A DNA stretch of 64,000 bases from a candidate division Kazan bacterium RIFCSPHIGHO2_01_FULL_44_14 (GCA_001771185.1 METB01000001.1:94520-158519); one strand, 5' to 3'. Positions 9,921 to 20,361 are shown, counted from the first letter of the stretch. Made by a program: numbers and translations. Notes: generated by a model from the sequence alone, not told the origin.

Positions 9921-11234
9921 CTAACTGCTAGATGCTAATTTCTTAATGGCTATTTTAATTCTAGAAATTGATTCGGTTTTGCCCAACGCCTCTAATAATT
10001 CTACCGGACTAGGACTGCCCATTTGACCAGATAGAGCCACACGGATTGGCCAAAACAAATCACCGGGATTAAGCCCTTCGACTGATAAAGTTTCATCCAA
10101 AATTGATTGAAGTTTAATTTGATTCCAAGCACTATCATCAATGGCTGATAAAACCTTAAGTCCAGTGTCTAACCCCTTGGCGGTTTGTTCGGGACTGCTT
10201 TTTTTGAATACCAACAAAGTGGCGTCGTATTCGGGGCTTTTGAAAAAGTACTCAATTAGCGAGGGAATTTCGGACAAGGTTTGGGCACGTTCCTGAATTA
10301 ACTTCAAAGCGGACTGAACCAACGGTTCGTCACCAGACAAATGCGCGATAAATGGTTCTGCCAATTTGGTGTATTCGTCCAATCCTTTTTGCATTAAGTA
10401 ATGCTGGTTTAAATGATTGAGATGTTTTAAATCAAACACGGCACCGGCCTTCTGCACCCGCTCCAGAGAAAATTTTTCAATCAGTTCTGCCATAGTGAAA
10501 AACTCTCCCCCATTTGCTCCGCCAGCTGGCAAAGACCAGCCCAACTGCGCTAGAAAATTAATAATTGCTTCGGGCAAGTAACCGGCCCGGATGTAACCGT
10601 CCAAACTAACATCGCCTGTCCGTTTACTCATTTTGGTTCGATCAGGATTCAAAATAAGCGGAATATGAGCAAATTGTGGAACAGACGCTCCGAGCGCTTC
10701 GTAGAGCAGGATATGTTTGGGAGTGTTACTTAAGTGATCTTCGCCTCGAATCACATGAGTAATGTTCATATCAATATCGTCAACCACATTGGCAAAATGG
10801 AAGGTTGGAGTCCCGTCTTTTTTTATTAAAACCACATCATCGAAGTCCTTGGAATTGAATTCAACTTGGCCACGAATAATGTCATCCACAATAATCGCCC
10901 GTGGTTCGGTTGGAAGTTTAAAATAAATTCCCCCATCCTGTTCGTAAGTTAAACCTTGTAACACTAACTTATCTAAATATTTTTGGTAGATATCCGATCG
11001 TTTACTTTGATAATAATCTTCATCCCAATTTAGACCTAGCCATTTCAAACCATTCACAATGCTCTCCTCAAACACCGACTCACTTCGCTCTTTGTCAGTA
11101 TCTTCAAACCGCAACACGAAAACGCCCCCGCCTTGTTTAGCATAGAGATAATTGAACAGTGCTGTTCTGGCACCGCCGATATGTAATGGCCCCGTAGGAC
11201 TAGGCGCAAAGCGCACCCGCACTTTCTTCTCCAT
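9921..11234 (-). CDS. gltX: Glutamate--tRNA ligase
   Basis: RFAPSPTG, HIGG, KMSKR. Confidence 0.97.
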   Translation of the reverse strand: MEKKVRVRFAPSPTGPLHIGGARTALFNYLYAKQGGGVFVLRFEDTDKERSESVFEESIVNGLKWLGLNWDEDYYQSKRSDIYQKYLDKLVLQGLTYEQDGGIYFKLPTEPRAIIVDDIIRGQVEFNSKDFDDVVLIKKDGTPTFHFANVVDDIDMNITHVIRGEDHLSNTPKHILLYEALGASVPQFAHIPLILNPDRTKMSKRTGDVSLDGYIRAGYLPEAIINFLAQLGWSLPAGGANGGEFFTMAELIEKFSLERVQKAGAVFDLKHLNHLNQHYLMQKGLDEYTKLAEPFIAHLSGDEPLVQSALKLIQERAQTLSEIPSLIEYFFKSPEYDATLLVFKKSSPEQTAKGLDTGLKVLSAIDDSAWNQIKLQSILDETLSVEGLNPGDLFWPIRVALSGQMGSPSPVELLEALGKTESISRIKIAIKKLASSS

Positions 11235-11314
11235 GTTTACATTTTACCACGAGACGGTTTTGCCATAGATGTGCTAGTATAGTGACGAGCCATTTTGGCG
11301 AGGAGGTACCTTGA

Positions 11315-11824
11315 ATGGATATTCGGAAGACCTTGTTAGAGTTGAGGGGTTTGTGGGAATCTGACTACAAGGCAAGTTTTATCGAGGCCAGACGACTGCG
11401 GTTCGATCCTAGATACGGCGATTTGATCCTTTTGGTTATGCCAGCACTAAGCATTGTTTCAGACCCACAAGTGATCGAGCGGGAGTGTCGGTTCGCAAAA
11501 GAGCAGATAGAAAAAATCCGAAGCGGGCAACATCAATCTAACACCGTCGCTCTTGAGGATTTATTTCTCCACAAGATTTTCTTCCCTCTCTCGATTGAGG
11601 AACTCTTAGGGATTGAATTGGCTGATGCTCGCGAGCTAGTCCGGCAGGGATATATCTTGGAGGCAAAGCAGATTGTCTATCAGTTGCGACAAGAATTAGG
11701 AAACAGACCCAAGTCACTCCTCTTTGCCGATCTCAAGAGTATTTTAAAGACAATCCAAGTCATTCCCCAAGACATCGGCGTTACTGACACCGAATACGCC
11801 AACTGGATTCAAATGTTCCATTAA
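11315..11824 (+). CDS. Hypothetical protein
   Basis: 169-aa ORF with GGAGG RBS and downstream terminator. Confidence 0.65.
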   Translation: MDIRKTLLELRGLWESDYKASFIEARRLRFDPRYGDLILLVMPALSIVSDPQVIERECRFAKEQIEKIRSGQHQSNTVALEDLFLHKIFFPLSIEELLGIELADARELVRQGYILEAKQIVYQLRQELGNRPKSLLFADLKSILKTIQVIPQDIGVTDTEYANWIQMFH

Positions 11825-11832
11825 TCACATTA

Positions 11833-11868
11833 GGCTACTTCCTATTTATTTAGGAAGTAGCCATTTTT
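11833..11868 (+). terminator. Intrinsic terminator
   Basis: GGCTACTTCCTA/TAGGAAGTAGCC hairpin followed by a T-run. Confidence 0.75.
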
Positions 11869-12034
11869 ATGTAACACCAAAATCCGTCTTAACAATTAAC
11901 CACCAATACTGCCACCATTCAAACCCTCTTCAGTACCTTTCAAACCTTCGGTATCCATAATATTCATGATTATCTACTATCCTGTCCATTGTACTAAATA
12001 TTTATAAAAAATCCCGTACTTTGACAGCACGGGA

Positions 12035-12277
12035 TTAATCCCAGGGATGAAGATAGCCCCGGCCGTTGCAGCAACGGCAAGAGTGCAGAGGGAGCCTGTC
12101 GTGTCTTCTTTCAACTGCGAGTCGACAATCGCACCTTTGACATTCAACTATCATCTCACCGCTAGAACCTTGCCTGGTTCGGCGGCTATCTCGAGTATAG
12201 GAACCCGGACACCGGCCAGTACCAACACAACAGAGACAAACACCACCACTTGGGGTCTTCTTCTTGGAGTCGGTCAC
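12035..12277 (-). CDS. Small Cys-rich putative zinc-binding protein
   Basis: CLCCxGxGxC, CxxC, CxCCxGxG; GGTGGTGAG upstream; hairpin downstream. Confidence 0.5.
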   Translation of the reverse strand: MTDSKKKTPSGGVCLCCVGTGRCPGSYTRDSRRTRQGSSGEMIVECQRCDCRLAVERRHDRLPLHSCRCCNGRGYLHPWD

Positions 12278-12303
12278 TTTTACTCACCACCTTCCAAGAT
12301 AAG

Positions 12304-13170
12304 TTACAAGACGTCCCTATGTTTCCTGACTTCCTGCATAAAGTCAACTGTAGCGACCTTAATCCGCTGACGGCGCCAAGGTTGGGTCAGAAACCGCCAC
12401 AGCCATTCTAAACCATGTCGTTGCCACCATTCAGGGGCTCGTTTGGCTGGCGACTTGGCTACTGGAGCATTTAGAGCCGTGGCTCCGGTAATAAAGTCCA
12501 ATGCCCCGCCAATTCCCATCACAATTGCCCCAGAGAGTTTTGGCAGTTCAGTTTCGATCCAGTCCATTTGCTGATTGGCCGGCAGGGCTAGAAAAATAAA
12601 TTTGGGCCGACTTAATTGAAGATGAGAGATAACTGTATCCATCGTGTCATATGGCGGACCGGCCACTGCTCCGGCCAATTGCAACTGTGGATACATTTGC
12701 TGAATCAAATTTCCAGCGGTTAGTGCGACACCGGGCTGACCACCTAAAAGAAAAACTGAATATCCGCATTCGCTGGCTAATTTAGCAATCTCCCAGACCA
12801 TGTCCGCACCAGTTAATCGTTCTGGAATAATATTTAGTGTCTTGGGAGCCAATACAATTGCCAAACTGGTCCAAGCAAACTGCCACCACTCTTGAAGATT
12901 ACGCAAAATTGGTTTAGCAGTTAGTGGTAATGATAAATATTTGGCGGCCCAAACCAACCCAAAGCCATCCACCAATGAAAGCGAGGCGTGATTGAGTAAT
13001 TCGCGAAATTCCGGATGGGCCAGAGAATACATCACCATCTCGGGATTGGGTGTAACAATATAATGATTTTGACCATCAACTGCTAAACCGTTAACCACTT
13101 GCAGGGCCTGTGGCAAAGTTAGGCAATCAACTTTCACTCCCAAGATTTCTATAGTTTTCCCGTTGTCCAT
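12304..13170 (-). CDS. WecB/TagA/CpsF family glycosyltransferase
   Basis: VTPNPE, DGFG, GIGGALDF, RAP..GLEWLWR. Confidence 0.92.
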   Translation of the reverse strand: MDNGKTIEILGVKVDCLTLPQALQVVNGLAVDGQNHYIVTPNPEMVMYSLAHPEFRELLNHASLSLVDGFGLVWAAKYLSLPLTAKPILRNLQEWWQFAWTSLAIVLAPKTLNIIPERLTGADMVWEIAKLASECGYSVFLLGGQPGVALTAGNLIQQMYPQLQLAGAVAGPPYDTMDTVISHLQLSRPKFIFLALPANQQMDWIETELPKLSGAIVMGIGGALDFITGATALNAPVAKSPAKRAPEWWQRHGLEWLWRFLTQPWRRQRIKVATVDFMQEVRKHRDVL

Positions 13171-13221
13171 AAAATTATTCTTGCAATATACTGAACGGCC
13201 GTTCATCTAATTGCAACTTTT

Positions 13222-14439
13222 TTATTCCGTTTGTTTCATTTGCTTTACGAGACGGTCGACTAGGGTTTTAATCTCGGACTGGAAGCGTTGGCGACTAAAT
13301 TTCTGGGCGTGTTCGGAAATTATACTGGGATCAAATTTGGTTTCTTTCTCAACAAATTCTTGAATGGCGGATTTTAAACTGGCAACGGTTTGTTCGGAAA
13401 AGAACAGGCCGGTTTTGCCATCGATAACCGTTTCTAAACAACCTCCTTTGCCGTAAGCAATCACTGGTTTACCGGCGGATTGAAGTTCAACCGGTACAAT
13501 CCCAAAGTCCTCCTCGCCAGGGAAAATCAACGCCCGACAAGTTCGAATATAGTCAATTTTTTGTTCGTCGCTAATCCAGCCGGTAATCGTAACCGTTGGA
13601 CCGGCCATGTGTTTAAGTTCGACTTCCATTTCCCCAGTGCCGATTACGATCAATGGCAATTCAAGTTCGTTACACACCCGAACCACCAAGTCCAGTCGCT
13701 TATATTGACTCAACCGCGCAATCGCAATGAAATGGCCTTTGTTCTCGTGAGAAATTTGAATTTTATCAGTATCGACTGATGGGTAAATTACGATTGATTC
13801 TCGCCGATAAAATTTGCGGATTCGGTCAGCGACATAATTTGAATTGGCAACATACTGATCAACTCGTGAAGCCCCGAGAAAATCCCAAATTCTAATTTTA
13901 CTCAAAATTCCTTTGACGACCGCTTTGACCATTCTATTCATTTGTTTATCCGCCAGGTAAATATGCCAAGCGTCCCACACATAGCGCATCGGAGTATGAA
14001 CATAGGAAATATGAATGGTGTGGGGATTAGTAAGAATGTTTTTGGCAAACGAATGAGAACTTGAAATCACCACATCAAAGTCGTCAAAATCAAAACTTTC
14101 AATAGCCAGAGCATAGAATGGAAGCAAAAATTTAGCGGGAACCCAACTCCATTTTTGTAAATAAGAAGTGATGATTTGACGATGGCCGAACCACGGGTTA
14201 AGTTTTTTGTCGTAAAACAGAGTATAAATTGGCGCTTCCGGGTAAAGATCGCTAATCGCTAAAGTCACTCGTTCGGCTCCGCCGAAGGTATGGAAGAAAT
14301 CGTGAACAATCGCAATGTTTGGCTTTTTGTCTGTCATCCCGAATTCACGGTGTCCTGAGCCAGCCGAGGGATTTTGGGATCTAGTTATGGATTCTGAAAC
14401 AAGTTCAGAATGACCAGTTGATGTAGTTTCTTGGGTCAT
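13222..14439 (-). CDS. Glycosyltransferase family 4
   Basis: VHD..GGAER, EDFGIVPVE; start set by ATGA overlap with the upstream stop. Confidence 0.9.
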   Translation of the reverse strand: MTQETTSTGHSELVSESITRSQNPSAGSGHREFGMTDKKPNIAIVHDFFHTFGGAERVTLAISDLYPEAPIYTLFYDKKLNPWFGHRQIITSYLQKWSWVPAKFLLPFYALAIESFDFDDFDVVISSSHSFAKNILTNPHTIHISYVHTPMRYVWDAWHIYLADKQMNRMVKAVVKGILSKIRIWDFLGASRVDQYVANSNYVADRIRKFYRRESIVIYPSVDTDKIQISHENKGHFIAIARLSQYKRLDLVVRVCNELELPLIVIGTGEMEVELKHMAGPTVTITGWISDEQKIDYIRTCRALIFPGEEDFGIVPVELQSAGKPVIAYGKGGCLETVIDGKTGLFFSEQTVASLKSAIQEFVEKETKFDPSIISEHAQKFSRQRFQSEIKTLVDRLVKQMKQTE

Positions 14440-15506
14440 AGAGAAGTGATAATATCCTTTAGACGACGAGCCGACTTCTCCCACGAAAAATCAGCCAGCC
14501 GTCGTCTTCCAGCCGCCACATAGTGCGCTCTGGCGCTAGAATTGTCCAGTATCTGCCGGATTCCATTGGCAATCTGACTGGGTGAAGTTGGTTCAACCAA
14601 AACCCCGGCCTCTCCAGCAATTTCTTTCAAGGCACCCGAGTTACTAGTAACTACTGGCAGATCGTGAGCGAAGGCCTCCAAAATTGGCAAACCGAAACCT
14701 TCATACAACGAGGGAAACAGTAATAATTTGGCTCGCTGATAAAGAGTATTTAGTCCCATTTCCGAAACAAATCCCAGCAAATGGACTTGGTCGCTTAACC
14801 CATATTCTCTGGTCAAATCCTTGACCGGCTCTCCCAAATTTGTTGGACCGGCAAAGACCAAGTGTAAGTTGGGATAGGACGCCACTAGTTCGGCAAAAGC
14901 ATGAATAATATTAAATGGGTTTTTGCGCGGTTCGATTCGACCAACCACCAAAATAAATTCATCGGGAATTGGCAAATGGACTGGCTCAAGCGAGTCGATC
15001 GTGGATGGGACTGCGTTATAAACCACCTCGATTTGATTAACCGGCGTATTGAAATAATGTTCCAGGTCGAGCTTGGTTTGCTGACTGACGGCAATAATTT
15101 TAGTCGCAAACCGACGCGCCCGTTTGACGGTTAACCATGAACTTAACCAATTTTTGAAAGTATAAGCCCGAGGAAATCTCATAAAGGCCAAATCATGTAC
15201 GGTTGCCAGAACTTTACTCGGAAGCTTGCGCGGCAAAATATTACTGGGCGACCACCACACATCTAAGTGATCATGAGCAATCGCTTCGGACAGGGCGGTT
15301 TGGGTCCACCACCTGGTCGACGGAATAATTCGGCTGATAACATGAGAATGATTTTGGAATTGCCAAGGCAAAGTCGACGGAGTGTAAAGAATGTATTCTA
15401 AATCGCCCTCTAATTGCAACAGAGCATAAATTAGTTCTCGAGTTGCCACCTCCACACCAGTGGGCTGGGATTTGACCAAGGCCGATGCATCAATACCAAT
15501 ACGCAT
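14436..15506 (-). CDS. Glycosyltransferase family 4 (mannosyltransferase-like)
   Basis: TVHDL, PRKN, YEGFGLPILEA. Confidence 0.92.
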   Translation of the reverse strand: MRIGIDASALVKSQPTGVEVATRELIYALLQLEGDLEYILYTPSTLPWQFQNHSHVISRIIPSTRWWTQTALSEAIAHDHLDVWWSPSNILPRKLPSKVLATVHDLAFMRFPRAYTFKNWLSSWLTVKRARRFATKIIAVSQQTKLDLEHYFNTPVNQIEVVYNAVPSTIDSLEPVHLPIPDEFILVVGRIEPRKNPFNIIHAFAELVASYPNLHLVFAGPTNLGEPVKDLTREYGLSDQVHLLGFVSEMGLNTLYQRAKLLLFPSLYEGFGLPILEAFAHDLPVVTSNSGALKEIAGEAGVLVEPTSPSQIANGIRQILDNSSARAHYVAAGRRRLADFSWEKSARRLKDIITSL

Positions 15507-15509
15507 GGT

Positions 15510-15796
15510 GAAAAGTTAAAAGTTAAAAGTGATAAGTCCTCCTCCGCCTAAAGCTACGGAAGGATCTGTGATGAAAAGTGACGGCATTTATCCTCCTGCC
15601 GTCATCCCGGCAAAGGCCGGGATCGTATAAGATTCTGGATGCGTTCTGCTGTCCAGCAGAACTTACCAGAATGACGGATGTCCCGGCAAGTAATTTTGAA
15701 TGATGAATTTTGAATTTTGAGTGAATAACCCTAATATCTTAATTTTGAAACATTCAGTCATTGGAATTTGATTAGAAATTAGAAATTGGAAATTAA
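15510..15796. repeat. Composite intergenic repeat: GTCAT..ATGAC REP plus AT-rich repeat copy 2
   Basis: GTCATCCCGGCAAAGGCCGGGATC...CCAGAATGAC; partial inverted copy at 35880-36070. Confidence 0.8.
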
Positions 15797-16000
15797 GGTA
15801 TTCATTCGGCTTCGCTTGGAGGGAATAATAATCTAGTGGCTAGTATGACTTCTCACGGGACGGGTTTACTTCCGCAGGATGTTAAACTATTATTGGTCTG
15901 ACTGAATGGCTGATTTAACCAAAGGGGTGGACCGCTAGCCAGGTATGGTTGGTTTTGTGCCTGTAGACCAGGTTTTCCCCACTATCCTATTCTAACTCAT

Positions 16001-17419
16001 ATGGCTTATCAAAAGAATTGGCCCACTTTGCTGGCCTATGCTCTCGCGGTAATCGGGTTTTTCGTGGCGGCCGCCTATGCGGTAATGTATGCCACCGGCT
16101 ACCGGATTGATTTTGAGAGCTGGACGGTTCAAAAGACCGGGGTATTGGCGATTACCACTAAACCCAGCGGAGCAACGGTCATTTTGAACGATAGCCAACT
16201 AGCTCGCAAAACCCCGTTTACCCTACGCAATGCCTTACCCGGGCCATATCACATTAAATTAACATTGGCAGGATATCAGCCGTACGAAAAAGATGTGGAG
16301 GTGCTATCGAGCCAAGCCACCGAAGAACACAATGTTGACTTAGTCCTGGCGGAAATAAAATCAACCACCGTAGCCGAAAAGCTGACAGCGGTGTTAAACA
16401 TTGATAATGACATTTGGGCATTTGATTGGAACAAACAGTTTGTTAAAATCGGCGACCCAACTTCTCCATTAGGATTTGATAAAATGCCGACCAATGTTAA
16501 AACCGTCCTGACCCAAGCCACTGGGTTGTATTTGGCCAAGAAACATCCCAATAGCAACGATATAGCTTTGGGAGCGATGGTGGGCAGTAAACGCTGGCTG
16601 GTAATCGCTGATCCATTTGGCTATCGCGGTCAATTATTTGGCGCACCTTTTAATCAAGTCAGTGCAGAAAAATTGTTCTGGATTGATGCCGACCGACTAA
16701 TGTTATTAATCGGTAGTTCAATTTACACCATCGATCTGAATCTTAACCAAACCAATTTGTACGCCAAATCGGTTACTGGGGCTACCTATGATAACGGCCG
16801 GGCTTACTATGTGACTAAAAACTCCCACGGGCAAGTCACTTTGTATAGCGATGGGAATTTGTTTGACGATAAGTCCGCTGAAGTTGCATTCGACAATGTG
16901 CCAGTTGCCAGTAGTCACGAAATTATGGTAACACCCGAAGAAACCATTATTTTACTGACCGACAATCGCTCTAGCCGTGGACTTTGGCTAATCGATAAGG
17001 ACCCTAAAGCCAAGTCGCCAGAATATCAGTTGACCAAATTAGCTAGCGGAGTATATAACACGCTTTATGATTATCTCAACGAACAATTGTTTTTTGTTCA
17101 AGACAAAACTGTCAGCGCCTATGACACCACCAAACGAACGACTCAAAAATTGCGTCAATTCATTGATACCCCAACTTTAGTTGGCAAGCGCAACGAGAGT
17201 GTGTTTATTCAAAGTCAAAATAAGTTTTGGATTGGCGATCCATCTTTAAGCAATGTTTACGAAATTGTCAGCGCAACCAACACGACCCTGCTGTTAGGGT
17301 CGGATTCAAAACGGGTGTGGACACTCAAAGACGGCCAACTGTTAGAGTGGGTATTGCGGAATCCTGGTCAAGGAGTATTTGGAGTGTTGCCTAACTGGGT
17401 CGGCCGAGTCAGCGGTTAA
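16001..17419 (+). CDS. Membrane-anchored PEGA-domain protein
   Basis: N-terminal TM, YATGYR, TKPSGATV..TP..PGPY. Confidence 0.8.
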   Translation: MAYQKNWPTLLAYALAVIGFFVAAAYAVMYATGYRIDFESWTVQKTGVLAITTKPSGATVILNDSQLARKTPFTLRNALPGPYHIKLTLAGYQPYEKDVEVLSSQATEEHNVDLVLAEIKSTTVAEKLTAVLNIDNDIWAFDWNKQFVKIGDPTSPLGFDKMPTNVKTVLTQATGLYLAKKHPNSNDIALGAMVGSKRWLVIADPFGYRGQLFGAPFNQVSAEKLFWIDADRLMLLIGSSIYTIDLNLNQTNLYAKSVTGATYDNGRAYYVTKNSHGQVTLYSDGNLFDDKSAEVAFDNVPVASSHEIMVTPEETIILLTDNRSSRGLWLIDKDPKAKSPEYQLTKLASGVYNTLYDYLNEQLFFVQDKTVSAYDTTKRTTQKLRQFIDTPTLVGKRNESVFIQSQNKFWIGDPSLSNVYEIVSATNTTLLLGSDSKRVWTLKDGQLLEWVLRNPGQGVFGVLPNWVGRVSG

Positions 17420-17452
17420 AACACTATCGACGATTAAAGTTGTCTATAATAA

Positions 17453-18241
17453 CTAAACTGGCAAAATAGTTGGCAGTTTAGGAATCTGCTGGAACGGAGC
17501 AAATGACTCAATATCAACTGGCGGACGGCCGACTAAATCTGCCTGTACAACTAACCGACGCAAACTGGTGCCAACTGGAGTGCAGGTCATTAAGGTAAGA
17601 ATTGGTTTGCCACTGCTGTTTAAAATATCAACTTGGCTGGGGTTGACTATGAATGACTGATTGACCCGATAAATATATTTGCCACCTTGGTAATAAACAT
17701 AAATCAAGTCGCCAACGGTTAATTTATCCAACAAAGCAAATACTTGATTAAACTTACCGCCATTCCACCAGTAGTATGAACTGTGACCGGTCAGAAATAC
17801 ATTGCCAACTCGTCCCGGCATCGCTGTGTTGGGATAATGCGCCACTCCATCTTTGATTGCCGTTAGAATGGCATCGTTGGACGACTCGGTCGGATAGACG
17901 ATCGGTGCGTCAACATTGATTTTGGGAATTAAAATTGTATCGGTTGCCGGAACGATTAGTTTTCGATTGAGGGTGTCGGTGACCTCCTGAATGTCTTGCA
18001 AATTGTCGCTAACCGATATCGGCAATTCATATTTTCGTGAGAAGTCAGTTGTGGGTGCTGAAAAATAATAAGATACTTTAGTATAAATGGTCGGCGCCAT
18101 CACAATCAGGGTCAGCAATACAAAGAAAAAAATAAATAGTCCGAGGAATTTCAATAGTTCGACTAAAATCCGACGGCGCGGTTTGCGAGCTGGCGGAGTG
18201 GGTGGATACCAATCGGGTTGAGAATCGAATCCATTCATCAT
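17453..18241 (-). CDS. Sortase (class D/E-like)
   Basis: IPKINV, LTGHS, LTLMTCTP..RR. Confidence 0.92.
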   Translation of the reverse strand: MMNGFDSQPDWYPPTPPARKPRRRILVELLKFLGLFIFFFVLLTLIVMAPTIYTKVSYYFSAPTTDFSRKYELPISVSDNLQDIQEVTDTLNRKLIVPATDTILIPKINVDAPIVYPTESSNDAILTAIKDGVAHYPNTAMPGRVGNVFLTGHSSYYWWNGGKFNQVFALLDKLTVGDLIYVYYQGGKYIYRVNQSFIVNPSQVDILNSSGKPILTLMTCTPVGTSLRRLVVQADLVGRPPVDIESFAPFQQIPKLPTILPV

Positions 18242-18243
18242 GA

Positions 18244-18630
18244 TTAGGACGGCGGAGAATAGTTGCTCTTCTTGGATAGTTGTTCGTAGGTCATCAGACC
18301 CACTACCCGACTGCCGTCAGGGAAAACCCAGGTTGGGTATTGAGTAATATTGGCTTCCTTGGCAGCATCGGTTTGACCTCGACCATCCGGGGTGGAACTC
18401 TCGATGTAGGTAATATATTGAAATGCGTCACCGAATAGTTTCTCTTGTTTGATGCAGATATGACACCAAAAAGCGCCATACATCTTCACATCCTGGCTAG
18501 TTAAATGTTTGGCTAATCCCTCGTAATCTGGAGTAACTTTAGCCGATGAATAATTATACCAACCTGCCACCAACGCAGCGGCTAATAAAATGACCAGAAC
18601 GATAATTAGAGGTCGGATGTAGGTTTTCAT
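18244..18630 (-). CDS. Membrane-anchored thioredoxin-like protein
   Basis: MYGAFWCHIC, YPTW; N-terminal TM. Confidence 0.85.
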   Translation of the reverse strand: MKTYIRPLIIVLVILLAAALVAGWYNYSSAKVTPDYEGLAKHLTSQDVKMYGAFWCHICIKQEKLFGDAFQYITYIESSTPDGRGQTDAAKEANITQYPTWVFPDGSRVVGLMTYEQLSKKSNYSPPS

Positions 18631-18777
18631 AATGTTAATAATAGAAGGTGGATCAGTCCATGCTTCGCCCAAGGGCTACGCAGGACAAGCTTCTTTTGCG
18701 CAAAGTAATAACTGACAAGATATCCTTAATCAAAGTTTCGGATATCGTAGCCAAGCGTAGTTCGTTAAAACGAAGCT

Positions 18778-18863
18778 TGGTGGCCGAGGAGAGAGTCGGA
18801 CTCTCATGCCCTTGCAGGCACACGATTTTGAGTCGTGCGTGTCTACCATTCCACCACTCGGCC
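18778..18863 (-). tRNA. tRNA-Leu(CAA)
   Basis: GGCCGAG acceptor, CACGA-CTCAAAA-TCGTG, long variable arm, ACCA end. Confidence 0.95.
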
Positions 18864-18933
18864 ACAAAGTTAATCGCCAAATTTTAAATCACAAACTCCA
18901 AATTTTGATTATTGATTATTGTCGGTTTGATTA

Positions 18934-20148
18934 TTACTTGACTGGGAATTTCCTAGTCAAGACCTGCACTTCCTTTTTCACCGCCGATAATACAGCCGGA
19001 CTGCTAGGTTTGTCCACCACTTTAGCAATCATCATGGATACCTCGGCCATCTCCCGCTCCCCCATCCCCCGACTAGTTAACACTGAAGTTCCAAGTCGCA
19101 AACCAGACGGATCAAAGGGACTCCGCAGGTCACCCGGAATCATATTTTTGTTGGTGATAATTCCCACCTTTTCCAAAGCCCGTTCCGCCTTCATCCCAGT
19201 AATATTTTTGGAAGTTAAATCGATCAATATCATGTGATTGTTGGTCCCACCAGTAACGAGAGTGAAGCCCAATTTCCGTAGACCAATAGCCAGGGCTTTG
19301 GCGTTAGCCACTACAGCCAAAGCATAGCGTCTAAATTCTGGCTTGGATGCATTTTGTAAACAAATTGCTTTAGCCGCGGTAATGTTGTCGTGTGGACCAC
19401 CCTGTAACCCCGGGAAGATGGCCTTGTCAATGGCTTCGGCTAATTGTTTTTTACACATGATGATTGCGCCCCGAGGACCGCGTAAGGTTTTGTGGGTAGT
19501 GGTCATTACAATATCAGCGTGCGGAAATGGTTGAGGATGAACTCCGCCAGCAATTAGACCGGCGATATGAGAAATATCGGCTAATAAATATCCACCGGCT
19601 TTTTTAGCGATTTTGCCGAACCTGGCAAAATCAATTTCTCTGGGATAAGCCGTCGCTCCGCAGACAATAATTTTGGGCTTGAAAATTTTAGCCATGGTTT
19701 CGATTTCGTCGTAATTAAGTAAACCGGTCTCTGGATCAACTCCATACTGAATAAACTTATAGGCCTTGCCCGAAAAATTAACTTTGTGACCGTGGGTTAG
19801 ATGACCACCGTGGGGTAAACTCATACCCATGACCGTGTCACCAAATTTCAACAGAGCGGTGTAAATGGCAATGTTGGCCGGACTGCCGGAATAGGGTTGA
19901 ACATTGGCATGCTCGGCGCCAAAGAGTTTCTTGGCCGTATTTTGGGCGATGGTCTCAATTTGGTCAACTACCTCATTGCCACCATAGTAGCGTTTGCCGG
20001 GATAACCCTCGGAGTATTTATTCATTAAAACCGAGCCGGTCGCCTCGCGAATCTCGGCTGGAGCAATATTTTCTGACGCAATCAAAGACAGTGTCTCTTG
20101 TTGACGCTTGGCTTCGGCTTTAATTAGATCTTCGATAGTTTTAGACAC
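18934..20148 (-). CDS. glyA: Serine hydroxymethyltransferase
   Basis: LIASEN, YSEGYPG, TTTHKTLRGPRG. Confidence 0.97.
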   Translation of the reverse strand: MSKTIEDLIKAEAKRQQETLSLIASENIAPAEIREATGSVLMNKYSEGYPGKRYYGGNEVVDQIETIAQNTAKKLFGAEHANVQPYSGSPANIAIYTALLKFGDTVMGMSLPHGGHLTHGHKVNFSGKAYKFIQYGVDPETGLLNYDEIETMAKIFKPKIIVCGATAYPREIDFARFGKIAKKAGGYLLADISHIAGLIAGGVHPQPFPHADIVMTTTHKTLRGPRGAIIMCKKQLAEAIDKAIFPGLQGGPHDNITAAKAICLQNASKPEFRRYALAVVANAKALAIGLRKLGFTLVTGGTNNHMILIDLTSKNITGMKAERALEKVGIITNKNMIPGDLRSPFDPSGLRLGTSVLTSRGMGEREMAEVSMMIAKVVDKPSSPAVLSAVKKEVQVLTRKFPVK

Positions 20149-20361
20149 CTTTTTATTCTACCTGATTGCCGTTTGCAGGGGAACCAGGAAAAAGATATAC
20201 TGGGTCTGTTATTTTGCCCTAGAACCTGTTCTGTTAGAAACCGCCAAGGGGGACACTAAGTTGGTCTGCTTAGTTGGCGGCTGATGGGATGGAGTTGACC
20301 AATCATCTAGGGCGGTGGCAATAATTTTTCTAAATCATAGCCACATAAGGTTTTTAACGGG

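Noticed and set aside
11865-11992. Frame MDRIV...RY*RGFEWW... with an in-frame TGA, hinting at recoding
   Set aside because: TGA is a normal stop for conserved genes here (e.g. alr, map); no other support.
18653-19237. ORFs overlapping tRNA-Leu and antisense to glyA, like many other antisense ORFs in the track
   Set aside because: Shadow frames of established genes.
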